The notes beneath the pieces were generated by a model. The model was given only the letters and a program-made list of their open reading frames with translations. It was not told the origin of the DNA and made no database searches. A program made the position numbers and the translations under genes. 64,000 nt of DNA, from the NCBI GenBank assembly GCA_037481815.1, contig JBBFKX010000002.1, positions 64,001-128,000 on the forward strand, given 5' to 3'. Within the stretch, counting starts at the first letter, position 1, and each line of letters starts with the position of its first letter. The DNA comes from a candidate division WOR-3 bacterium. GTDB lineage: Bacteria; Hydrothermota; 32-111. Shown here one piece after another: positions 9,133-18,021 of the stretch.

Positions 9133-10368
9133 ATGCTGAATCTAAGAAAAAGTATTGATTATTACAAATATGTTTTTCAAAGAATAGATAAAAATGCTTA
9201 TTTTTATCTATCCGGGAACCTCCTTTCAGGTTTTGGATTTGCTGCTTTTTCACTTCTTTTTAACATCTATTTAAAAAGTTTAAACATAGGTGAATCTAAA
9301 ATCGGGAACCTTTTATCAATCGGAACGTTTACAACAGCGATACTCATCTTACCAGCAGCGTATATTGTAAAAAGAACGGATTTGAAAAAATTTTTTGTTT
9401 TATCTCCCCTTTTAACTGTTGTGGGGTATTTGATAGCCATTCAAAGTTCTACTTTTACTTTTAGAATTATTGGATTTATCCTCGCTGGAATTGCAGGTGC
9501 TTTCACATCAGTTATCGGTGGTCCTTTTATTATGTCGGTTTCAGATGAAAAAACAAGGACTTTTTTATTTTCGTTGAGCCAGGCAACAATGTTGACCGCG
9601 GGGATAAGTGGAAACCTGATATCAGGTTTTTTGCCAAACATCATCAAAAAGTTTGGCTTATCAGATGTCCTATCTTTAAAATATGCGATATTTTTCCATC
9701 TTTTTTTCGTTTTTTTATCATTATATTTTTTTTCAAAAATAAAAACAAAAAGACTTTACAGTTCAACTTTTAAAGACAAAATCAAATTTAATACAAATCT
9801 AAAGATTCTCTTTTATTTAATTCTACCCCCTCTAATAATAGGTCTTGGGGCAGGTATGACTATTCCTTTTTTGAATATCTATTTTAAAACAATATTTCAT
9901 CTTTCATCATCACAGATAGGTATAATTTTTTCGATAGCCCAAATGTTAACAATTTTAGGTTCGTTAATTTCTCCATTGATCGCCAGAAGACTCGGACTCA
10001 TAAACACAATAATCATTACACAACTCATTTCTATTCCTTTTCTATTCTTTTTGGGTTTCTCTTCATATTTTCCTCTCGTTCTTATATCATTTTTTTTAAG
10101 AAACGCTTTAATGAACATGGCTTCCCCTCTCTCTTCAAATTTTTCTTTAGAAATAGTTGACAAAGAGGATAGACCTTTTACCAGTGGACTACTTTCACTG
10201 GCATGGCTTGCTTCATGGGGACTCACAGCAAACTTTGGAGGGTATTTTATAGAAAAAAGTGGTTATAAGATTCCTTTCACATTTACCATCTTATGTTATT
10301 TCACATCTTCAATACTTTATCTGTTACTCCTAAAACCACTCGAAAAAAGTTTTAAAACCTCAAAATAA
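9133..10368 (+). CDS. MFS transporter
   Basis: About 12 hydrophobic segments in 411 aa, two-fold layout, GAGMTIPFLNIYF and LRNALMNM motifs. Confidence 0.88.
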   Translation: MLNLRKSIDYYKYVFQRIDKNAYFYLSGNLLSGFGFAAFSLLFNIYLKSLNIGESKIGNLLSIGTFTTAILILPAAYIVKRTDLKKFFVLSPLLTVVGYLIAIQSSTFTFRIIGFILAGIAGAFTSVIGGPFIMSVSDEKTRTFLFSLSQATMLTAGISGNLISGFLPNIIKKFGLSDVLSLKYAIFFHLFFVFLSLYFFSKIKTKRLYSSTFKDKIKFNTNLKILFYLILPPLIIGLGAGMTIPFLNIYFKTIFHLSSSQIGIIFSIAQMLTILGSLISPLIARRLGLINTIIITQLISIPFLFFLGFSSYFPLVLISFFLRNALMNMASPLSSNFSLEIVDKEDRPFTSGLLSLAWLASWGLTANFGGYFIEKSGYKIPFTFTILCYFTSSILYLLLLKPLEKSFKTSK

Positions 10369-13300
10369 ATTTTATACCACTGTTGAAATTACCCTGTTCA
10401 TCCCTTTCGGTAATAAAACTTGAATTCTTTCCAAATCGATATTCGATTTTAAACTGGTCTTTAGAAAAAGAAAAAATATCATGTGTATATGATAGATACA
10501 ATTTTTTACCTATATACTTACCAACAGAAAGTTTCGCACTTTTATCTTTTTCTAAAAGTGTTGTATTCAAATCAAGTTGATCAACCCCTATCGATGAGGA
10601 TATAAGATTCAAATATCTGTTTCTAAGATATATTTGTAAAGCTTTTTCTGGAAGAGTTCTTGTAAAATCATTAAAATTTGTAATATTGTTTAAAGTAGTA
10701 TTAAAACTCAAAACACTCAAAATATTTTCTATCGACATCAAAGGATCTGAACTTACTATTATTTGAGGATTTGAAGCACTTCCTTTTACATTTATACTTA
10801 TTCTCGCTTCTTTTCTTTCATCTCCTTCGCTGAACAAAACATCTGTACTTGCAAGAATATCCAAGAATGGATCGATGTCTTTGGAACTCTGTTGAAATGT
10901 AAAAATTCCTCGTTCTATTAAAAATCTTTTCTCAAGATAAAAATATGTTCCTCTTATTACTTCAGCGTTGCCTGTTATACTGTATTTTAAGTTTTCCTTT
11001 TTAAGTTTAACCTCACCTTTCAGTTCAACATCAACAAAATTGTTTTTAAGCCATAAGTTCCCTTCGGATATGAACAGAAGATCAAGGTTCGTTTTATATC
11101 CCGATTGTGGTGACAATCCACTTTCCTGAGATTTTATAAAGAATGGGAAATTGGAAACACCTTCGTTGATAAAAATTCTGCCAGTAGTGGTTACCTGAGT
11201 TTGATCACCCAATATTTTCAACGAACATTTTGCAAAAGCATCAACATAATCTAAACCATTTGAATGAACACCATCTGCTAAAATATCGAAAGAATAGTTA
11301 TCCAGAGTCCAGTTTTTCTTTTTTACTCTTCCTGTAAGTTTAACCTTACCCTTTTCTGTGAATCCATTCAATTCTATGTCTTTTAGATAATTCCCATAAC
11401 ATACACCTTGCCCTGTGACATTTCTAATTTCGGTTCCAAGTTTTACAATATAAATGTTTGAAGAGTCAACAAAAACATTTCCATAGATTTGTGGATCAGA
11501 TAAAGTCCCGGAAATTTTACCTTCAAGTTCTAATCCTTTTTTTGTTTCAACTGTGAATACATTTTTCAAGGGAACGAAATATTTCCCATCAATATTATTC
11601 AATTTGACATTTAAGTTAAGTTCGGAGTCGAAAATTTTCGAAAAATCTTTGATCGAAATTTCCCCAAACATGTAGGAAACATTTTCATCGTTGTATAAAT
11701 TAAAATAATTTAATTTTAATAATTTATTTTCAAGTTCACAATTGAAATCGATAGAATCTATTTTGAGTTCATAGTAATTTATATCCTTAACTTTTCCCGA
11801 AAAATTGACACTTTTTTTATAATCAGAAATAAGCCCTTTTCCATAAATTAAGGCATCACCAGATATTTCAAAACCTGTAAAATATCTTGTAAGCAAAAGA
11901 TTTTTATCCATAACTTCAAAGTCAAAATCAAACATGTTTTGTGAATTCATCAGATCAAGATGAACATATCCCTCTTTACCTTCAAGGGAAACACCTTTTA
12001 TGGTCAAATCATTTCTGGAGATTTTTATATCAATAGGTTTTGTTAACCTTAGAAAATCAACATCTGTTTTGAGTTCAAGTTTATCTATATTCCCTGAAAA
12101 TTCATAATCCTTTTCTTTAAACTCACCGTTAAGTCCCAAACTAATGGTTATTAGTTCTGAAACAGCATCCAGATCAAGATAAACTTTATCATTTTCCTTT
12201 TTTATTTCAGCGTAAAGGATGTCAAGATTCTTTTTAAATATTTTTCCATTCAAAGCATAAAAATTACCCACAAGATTTTTCAATGAATTATCAGCAAAAA
12301 CAAACTTTGAGTTGAAAGATAGAAAACTTATAAAACTGTTATTCAAGTTAAAATCCTTCACCACAAAAGAATTTTCACAAGATATATACCCTTTTTTACC
12401 TCTCAGATTTATCCAGCCATCTGCATTTCCACTCAGAGATACTTTCTTATCAATTTCGGTAATGAAACTGAGCGGGAATTTATCGAACGTAACTGTTAGA
12501 TTTTCCCTTTGGTTCCCGAATCTGCCATCAACACACATAAATCCCTGGTTTAGATATAAATTGAGATTTTTTGCAAATATTTCATCTTTTTTTAAAGTAA
12601 AAATTCCATCCAAAAGCAAACCATCAAACTCTCCATAAGAACCTTTTACTGAATCCAGATTTACGGTTATGTATGTTAAAAAATCTGTTTTAAAATTCAC
12701 ATTTCCGTAAAATCTATTTTTTTTCAAATCCACATTACTTATAAAACTTTCAAGAGATAAAGAATCAAATTTTAATAAAAATTCCCCATTTAACCCTTTG
12801 TCAAAATCGATGAAACCTTTCGCACTCAAACATAGATTTTTATCATTACATTCAATTTTTTTAAAGTTCAAAGTATCAAATCTGAAAAATATTTCACCCT
12901 TTAAATCTTTAAATGAGAAGCTGTTGTAGCCAATCCTTTTTATATCAAAACTAAAATCCGCATTTTCAAGAGATGGTGAAAAAAGACAACTCGCTGAAAT
13001 TTTCCCATCGATATTAAACTTTTTTCTTTCAAATTCAAATTTTCCGTTCGAAATTTTTGTTTCAAAATTTTTAACAAACAAAAAGGTATCCTTTAATATC
13101 AAACTGAACTCAGAATTGATATTATCAGAGATGATCGAATTGTTGAGGATTATTGAGTCCATTAGAAAATAAGATATTTCTCCTTCAATCTCTTTCACTT
13201 TAAAAGTATCAACAGTTAAATCAAGAAATTTATAGTAGGCAAAAATCAGGTCTTTTTTTATATTTATCGATGACAAAAACTTCGAATTTGTGAAAATGTT

Positions 13301-13780
13301 ACCTTTATAAACGATTTTAACATTCGAAACTTCAACATTGTTTAAATCAATTTTTAAATTATTTTCAAAATGTGGTAACAAAAAGTTAAACTTAAAATCT
13401 TTTAGATTCAATTCTTTATTCTCAGATTTATAATTTTGTTGTCCTTCCTTTATTTCAGCCATCACACCCTCAACAAAAAATTTATTTACCATCAACCTTT
13501 TAAACAAAAAAGAAGATAAACTCAAAGATATGTTAATCTTTTTGATAGAAAGTTTTACTTTTTCATTTTCAAATGTTAGATTTTTAAACTGGAACCTATT
13601 CAGATTACCTTTTAAATTAGAAATTTCACACTTCCCATTAAACGATTTTGAAATAAAATTTTCGACTCCCGACTTTATCCATCTATTAAACACACCAAAA
13701 TTTAAAAGTAGAACATATGTTAAATAGAAAAAGAGAACAAAAAAAAGTAACAATAAAAGCCATATTTTTCTTCTTTTCAT
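10352..13780 (-). CDS. TamB/AsmA-like translocation and assembly module protein
   Basis: N-terminal TM anchor, long beta-rich body, C-terminal DUF490-like region (GSASNPQI..SSDP, VGKYIGKKLYLSY). Coupled to an Omp85 gene. Confidence 0.85.
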   Translation of the reverse strand: MKRRKIWLLLLLFFVLFFYLTYVLLLNFGVFNRWIKSGVENFISKSFNGKCEISNLKGNLNRFQFKNLTFENEKVKLSIKKINISLSLSSFLFKRLMVNKFFVEGVMAEIKEGQQNYKSENKELNLKDFKFNFLLPHFENNLKIDLNNVEVSNVKIVYKGNIFTNSKFLSSINIKKDLIFAYYKFLDLTVDTFKVKEIEGEISYFLMDSIILNNSIISDNINSEFSLILKDTFLFVKNFETKISNGKFEFERKKFNIDGKISASCLFSPSLENADFSFDIKRIGYNSFSFKDLKGEIFFRFDTLNFKKIECNDKNLCLSAKGFIDFDKGLNGEFLLKFDSLSLESFISNVDLKKNRFYGNVNFKTDFLTYITVNLDSVKGSYGEFDGLLLDGIFTLKKDEIFAKNLNLYLNQGFMCVDGRFGNQRENLTVTFDKFPLSFITEIDKKVSLSGNADGWINLRGKKGYISCENSFVVKDFNLNNSFISFLSFNSKFVFADNSLKNLVGNFYALNGKIFKKNLDILYAEIKKENDKVYLDLDAVSELITISLGLNGEFKEKDYEFSGNIDKLELKTDVDFLRLTKPIDIKISRNDLTIKGVSLEGKEGYVHLDLMNSQNMFDFDFEVMDKNLLLTRYFTGFEISGDALIYGKGLISDYKKSVNFSGKVKDINYYELKIDSIDFNCELENKLLKLNYFNLYNDENVSYMFGEISIKDFSKIFDSELNLNVKLNNIDGKYFVPLKNVFTVETKKGLELEGKISGTLSDPQIYGNVFVDSSNIYIVKLGTEIRNVTGQGVCYGNYLKDIELNGFTEKGKVKLTGRVKKKNWTLDNYSFDILADGVHSNGLDYVDAFAKCSLKILGDQTQVTTTGRIFINEGVSNFPFFIKSQESGLSPQSGYKTNLDLLFISEGNLWLKNNFVDVELKGEVKLKKENLKYSITGNAEVIRGTYFYLEKRFLIERGIFTFQQSSKDIDPFLDILASTDVLFSEGDERKEARISINVKGSASNPQIIVSSDPLMSIENILSVLSFNTTLNNITNFNDFTRTLPEKALQIYLRNRYLNLISSSIGVDQLDLNTTLLEKDKSAKLSVGKYIGKKLYLSYTHDIFSFSKDQFKIEYRFGKNSSFITERDEQGNFNSGIKFILRF

Positions 13781-15546
13781 CAGAACGGATTCCCTATACT
13801 GAAATAATATTTCATATCTTCTGCTACATTAAAAGGCTTTGCAACATCAATTCTCAATGTGCCAAACATTGTATTATAAAAAATTCCTATTCCACCTGAT
13901 AAAACAAAATCCTTTAAGTTGAAGTTAAAGTCAAAATATTTTTTTAACATTCCTGTGTCAAAAAAATAAATTATACCAAAAGATTTGTAAGCTTTAACTC
14001 TTAACTCATAATTAAGGTTTATCAAAAAATTCCCTGATCTTGTGCCGAGATCATTCAAAGGTCCTATGGAGTCCTGCTGAACACCTCGAACACTTGTTAA
14101 TCCTCCAAGGGTGAATTGTTCGTTTATAGATATACCTCTTTCATATGAAACTCCGTAAGGGAGAATTATACCTGTTCTTATTCTAAACATATTCACAAGT
14201 TGTTCTTTATAGCCATAATAATTTGAATTTTCATAAACAAATCTATAAAAATTGTTATAACCTCTCAAAAATCCCCCAGCGAGATCAAATTTTACCATTG
14301 AATAAACACCTTTTGTCGGGAATATCACTTCATCTCTTGAATCAAAATAGAAAATTATGTTTGTTGAATTTGTAGTTACTTTTTCATATCTATAACTTCT
14401 ATCTTCAAAAAATGTATCAATGGTACTGATTCTGTATGACCAATTGTTGGAAAATGAATATTGACCAAAAATTCTACTTATACCTGTGTTAAAAACAAAA
14501 TCTTTTTTAAGGTAAAAGGGGTTACTTTCAATGTTGAAACCTATTTGAGAATTGAAAGAATAAAAAGTACTGAAAAGGTAAGGGACTTTGTATCTTAATA
14601 TTGAATAAAACCATTTATCATACATCATAAATGGATCACTAACAAAAGAGGATGCAGCAGAACTTTCAAGAGAAAGTTTTTCAGCGTTGTTGAAAAGATT
14701 GTCGTTTCCTATGCCGGTCGAAATCTTAAGTTTATTTGGGAATTGATATAAAACAGCAGATGAAATCCAATTTTTCTTTTTTTCTTCACCATAAAAAAAA
14801 ACATTAAGCGATTCTTTTTTCTCCTCAACACCTTCTACCTTAAAATTCAATGAATTGAAGAGATTTGAAGAATAAATCTTTCTCTGGAGATAATATATAT
14901 CTTCCGGGATATACTCTTTCTCTTTATAATTTTGAGTTTCCATTTCAAAAATTTTTTTTGTTGTTATAAAATTTAATGAGTCAAAGTAAATATCTTTTAT
15001 ATAAGTTTTCCCTCCTTCTTCTATATTCACATACAAAGCAACTCTGTATCTGTTTTCCTGGGGAACCAGTTCATAATCTACCGACGCATAGATAAATCCT
15101 AAAGAAGCATATCTATCGATAATGTTTATCTGCCTCTGATAGATTTTTCCTATATCGAGAGGAGAATTTTTTTTTAAATCAAGGATTGAAAGTATTTCAG
15201 AAGTTTCAAGTACTTTGTTACCATATATTTTCACATCTGTTATTAAAGTCAAAAAACCTTCGTTGATTTTTATATATATATCCGCTTTATCCGAATCTAC
15301 CACCATTTCATATTTTTCAATTTCAACATCAAGAAATCCATTCGATCTATAGAATGAGATCAAAATATTTTTCTTTTCATTAAATGTAATTTTATCTATA
15401 TTCCCACCAACTTTTAATTTCATAACCTTTCTAATCTTTTCTTCAGAAAAATACAGGTTACCTTCAATTTTTATAGTTTTTATTTTTTCTGAAAATATAC
15501 TGATAAAAAAAGTTGATAAAAAAATTATCAGTACAATTTTTTTAAT
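13780..15546 (-). CDS. Omp85 family outer-membrane protein (TamA/BamA-like) with POTRA domains
   Basis: POTRA patterns (FYRSNGF, YASLGFIYA), DSRD..FPTKG, GGLTSVRG, C-terminal YFSIGNPF. Start probably ATT at 15546; the ORF track ATG at 15627 lies inside the upstream gene. Confidence 0.88.
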   Translation of the reverse strand: MKKIVLIIFLSTFFISIFSEKIKTIKIEGNLYFSEEKIRKVMKLKVGGNIDKITFNEKKNILISFYRSNGFLDVEIEKYEMVVDSDKADIYIKINEGFLTLITDVKIYGNKVLETSEILSILDLKKNSPLDIGKIYQRQINIIDRYASLGFIYASVDYELVPQENRYRVALYVNIEEGGKTYIKDIYFDSLNFITTKKIFEMETQNYKEKEYIPEDIYYLQRKIYSSNLFNSLNFKVEGVEEKKESLNVFFYGEEKKKNWISSAVLYQFPNKLKISTGIGNDNLFNNAEKLSLESSAASSFVSDPFMMYDKWFYSILRYKVPYLFSTFYSFNSQIGFNIESNPFYLKKDFVFNTGISRIFGQYSFSNNWSYRISTIDTFFEDRSYRYEKVTTNSTNIIFYFDSRDEVIFPTKGVYSMVKFDLAGGFLRGYNNFYRFVYENSNYYGYKEQLVNMFRIRTGIILPYGVSYERGISINEQFTLGGLTSVRGVQQDSIGPLNDLGTRSGNFLINLNYELRVKAYKSFGIIYFFDTGMLKKYFDFNFNLKDFVLSGGIGIFYNTMFGTLRIDVAKPFNVAEDMKYYFSIGNPF

Positions 15547-16760
15547 TCGATCCCCCTGTAATAATGCTTTAAAATTTCCCTGTAATTCTTTCCCTGACTT
15601 GCCATCTCCATCGCTCCATATTGACACATCCCAACTCCATGACCATATCCTTTTCCATAAATAAATATTTTATCATCCTTTTCTTCAAAATCAAACATCC
15701 TGCTTTTTAAAAACCCACCCTGGTATTCATCAAATGTTATAAGTTTTCTGATACTCAATCCTTTTACATTATACTTTTCTCCATCGATATCTGTAAGTTC
15801 AACTTCAATAACCCTTTTATGTTTATCATATTTTTTTATAGAAAATTTTACAATCTGTATGTCTTTTTTAAAGATGGAAGAAGCATTTTTTGACACCATT
15901 CTGTAAAAATAGTCCTTTTCAAATTGATAGATCCAATTAAAATGTTTCGATTTATAACAGTATGGTTTCCCATAACCAAATAAACAATTTTTTTGTGCAT
16001 CAACAACAGATCTTAGGTAAGGAGAAGGTGCCCCACCCCATTCGTCTTCATTGTTACTTGTGAATCCACCACATGTTGAATGATATTTTGCATCTATTGG
16101 GATACCTTTATATAAAGCAACAACACCTCTGGTCATTTCAATCGCTGAATTCACTAAACTATCCTCAACAAGAACACCTCTATAAACCTGATCCTGAACG
16201 GTTGATTCAAGGTCATAACCCATATCGTAATTTTTATTCAACCTACCAAAAGCATAGGTTCTTGCAGCAACAGCCTGTGCTTTCAAAGCTTCAATCCTCT
16301 TTTTATCAAGTTTTCCAATTTCTGCTGGCACAACACCTTTTAAATAATCTTCCATGTATAACCTATTGATCGGCAAAATAAAATTATCTACATCTTTGAT
16401 CAAAAAGATCTCTCCCCTATAAACCATGCCTTTATAAATAAGAAAGCCATTTTTTTCAGTTGAAACAAATTTTAACGGGAAATATTTCAAAACGATTCTT
16501 TTGTTCCTATTTATATAAACAAAAGGATATTCGTATCCAGAGTAAATAAAACATGTATCGTTTGCATTTAATTCTAAAATACCTTCCTGAGTGATCAATT
16601 TGAACTTTGTTTTTGAGGTTATAAACGCTTCTTTTACTTTATGCTCAAGTGCGATCCGTACAACTATTTCTTTGTCGTGACCTCTGAAGTTTTTTGTGGA
16701 ACATCCAGTCAAAACAATCAACAAAAAAAGAAAAAAAAACTGATTTTTTTTAAATTTCAT
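15528..16760 (-). CDS. SpoIID/LytB domain lipoprotein (lytic transglycosylase)
   Basis: Lipobox LTGC, EDYLKGVVPAE, ALKAQAVAARTY, DQVY, GYGHGVGMCQYGA, ILKHYY. Confidence 0.92.
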   Translation of the reverse strand: MKFKKNQFFFLFLLIVLTGCSTKNFRGHDKEIVVRIALEHKVKEAFITSKTKFKLITQEGILELNANDTCFIYSGYEYPFVYINRNKRIVLKYFPLKFVSTEKNGFLIYKGMVYRGEIFLIKDVDNFILPINRLYMEDYLKGVVPAEIGKLDKKRIEALKAQAVAARTYAFGRLNKNYDMGYDLESTVQDQVYRGVLVEDSLVNSAIEMTRGVVALYKGIPIDAKYHSTCGGFTSNNEDEWGGAPSPYLRSVVDAQKNCLFGYGKPYCYKSKHFNWIYQFEKDYFYRMVSKNASSIFKKDIQIVKFSIKKYDKHKRVIEVELTDIDGEKYNVKGLSIRKLITFDEYQGGFLKSRMFDFEEKDDKIFIYGKGYGHGVGMCQYGAMEMASQGKNYREILKHYYRGIELKKLY

Positions 16761-18019
16761 AAACTTTTAAATATCTCTTTTCCAAATTTTATATAGTCCT
16801 TCAAAATCGGAGGGAAATCAAAATCATTATCATCTTGATATTTTTCGATTATCGCTATGACCGTTCTTGGTGTAGCAAGTCCTGAACCATTTAAAGTATG
16901 AACAAAGATATTCTTTCCTTCCTTATTTTTATACCTTATCCTTCCTCTTCTTGCCTGAAAATCAAGGAAATTGCTGACAGATGAAACTTCTAAAAATTCT
17001 TTTGAACCTTCAGCCCAAACTTCAATATCGTAAGTTTTTGATGAAGCAAAAGATGTATCAAAATCTGGTAGAAGTATCACTCTATAGGACAAACCAAGAA
17101 GCATAAGAACTTTTTCAGCTTCTTCAAGCATTTCAAGATGCGCAGATTTAGAATCTTCTGGTTTCGTAAATCTTACAAGTTCAACTTTGTTGAACTGGTG
17201 TAGCCTTTTTAAACCTTTTGTATCTTTTCCATAAGAACCTGCTTCCCTTCTGAAACATGCTGAGTATGCAACAAATTTTTTCGGAAGTTCATTTTCGTTT
17301 AAAATTTCATCTTTAAAGATGTTCGTTACAGGGACTTCCGCAGTTGGTATCAAAAAAAGTTCGTCATCTTTTAATCTGTACATATCCTCTTCAAGTTTTG
17401 GTAATTGACCTGTTGAAAAAAGTGAATCATAGTTAACAAGAAAAGGAGGGAAAATCTCTTTATAGTTATGTTTTACTATATGTAGATCTAACATGAAATT
17501 TATTAGAACTCTTTCAAGGTATGCCGCTTTTCCCATATATAGTGGAAAATGTGAAGCAGAAATTTTTGCTCCCCTTTTAAAATCTATCCCTTCATCTGAC
17601 TGAACGATATCAAGATATGATAACTTTTTTTCTTCAAACTTTCCAAATTCTTTTACAATTTTAAAAGTAGGATTCTCACCGCTTGGAACTTCTTCATCAA
17701 CTATGTTTGGGATCCATTTTAAAAGGTTAAATTCTTCTTCTTCAGTTTTTTTTAACTCCTCTTCAAATTCTTTGATCTTTAAAGATATCTCTTTTCCTTT
17801 TTCAAGGAGGGGATTAATATCCCCTCCTTCTTTTCTTAAAGAAGAAACTTTCAAACTGTTTTTGTTTTTTTCTTCTCTTAACAGATTCAGGGAGTTTATT
17901 AAATCCTTTCTTTTGTTTATAACTTTAAAAAGGTAATCAAAATCGATTTTACATTTTTTTGCTACGGAACATCTTTCAACAAATTCTCTGTTCGATAATA
18001 TAAACTCCCTATCAAGCAT
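16757..18019 (-). CDS. serS: Seryl-tRNA synthetase
   Basis: LIPTAEVP, FRREAGSYG, HQFNKVE, EVSSVSN, HTLNGSGLA. Confidence 0.97.
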   Translation of the reverse strand: MLDREFILSNREFVERCSVAKKCKIDFDYLFKVINKRKDLINSLNLLREEKNKNSLKVSSLRKEGGDINPLLEKGKEISLKIKEFEEELKKTEEEEFNLLKWIPNIVDEEVPSGENPTFKIVKEFGKFEEKKLSYLDIVQSDEGIDFKRGAKISASHFPLYMGKAAYLERVLINFMLDLHIVKHNYKEIFPPFLVNYDSLFSTGQLPKLEEDMYRLKDDELFLIPTAEVPVTNIFKDEILNENELPKKFVAYSACFRREAGSYGKDTKGLKRLHQFNKVELVRFTKPEDSKSAHLEMLEEAEKVLMLLGLSYRVILLPDFDTSFASSKTYDIEVWAEGSKEFLEVSSVSNFLDFQARRGRIRYKNKEGKNIFVHTLNGSGLATPRTVIAIIEKYQDDNDFDFPPILKDYIKFGKEIFKSL

Positions 18020-18021
18020 TA

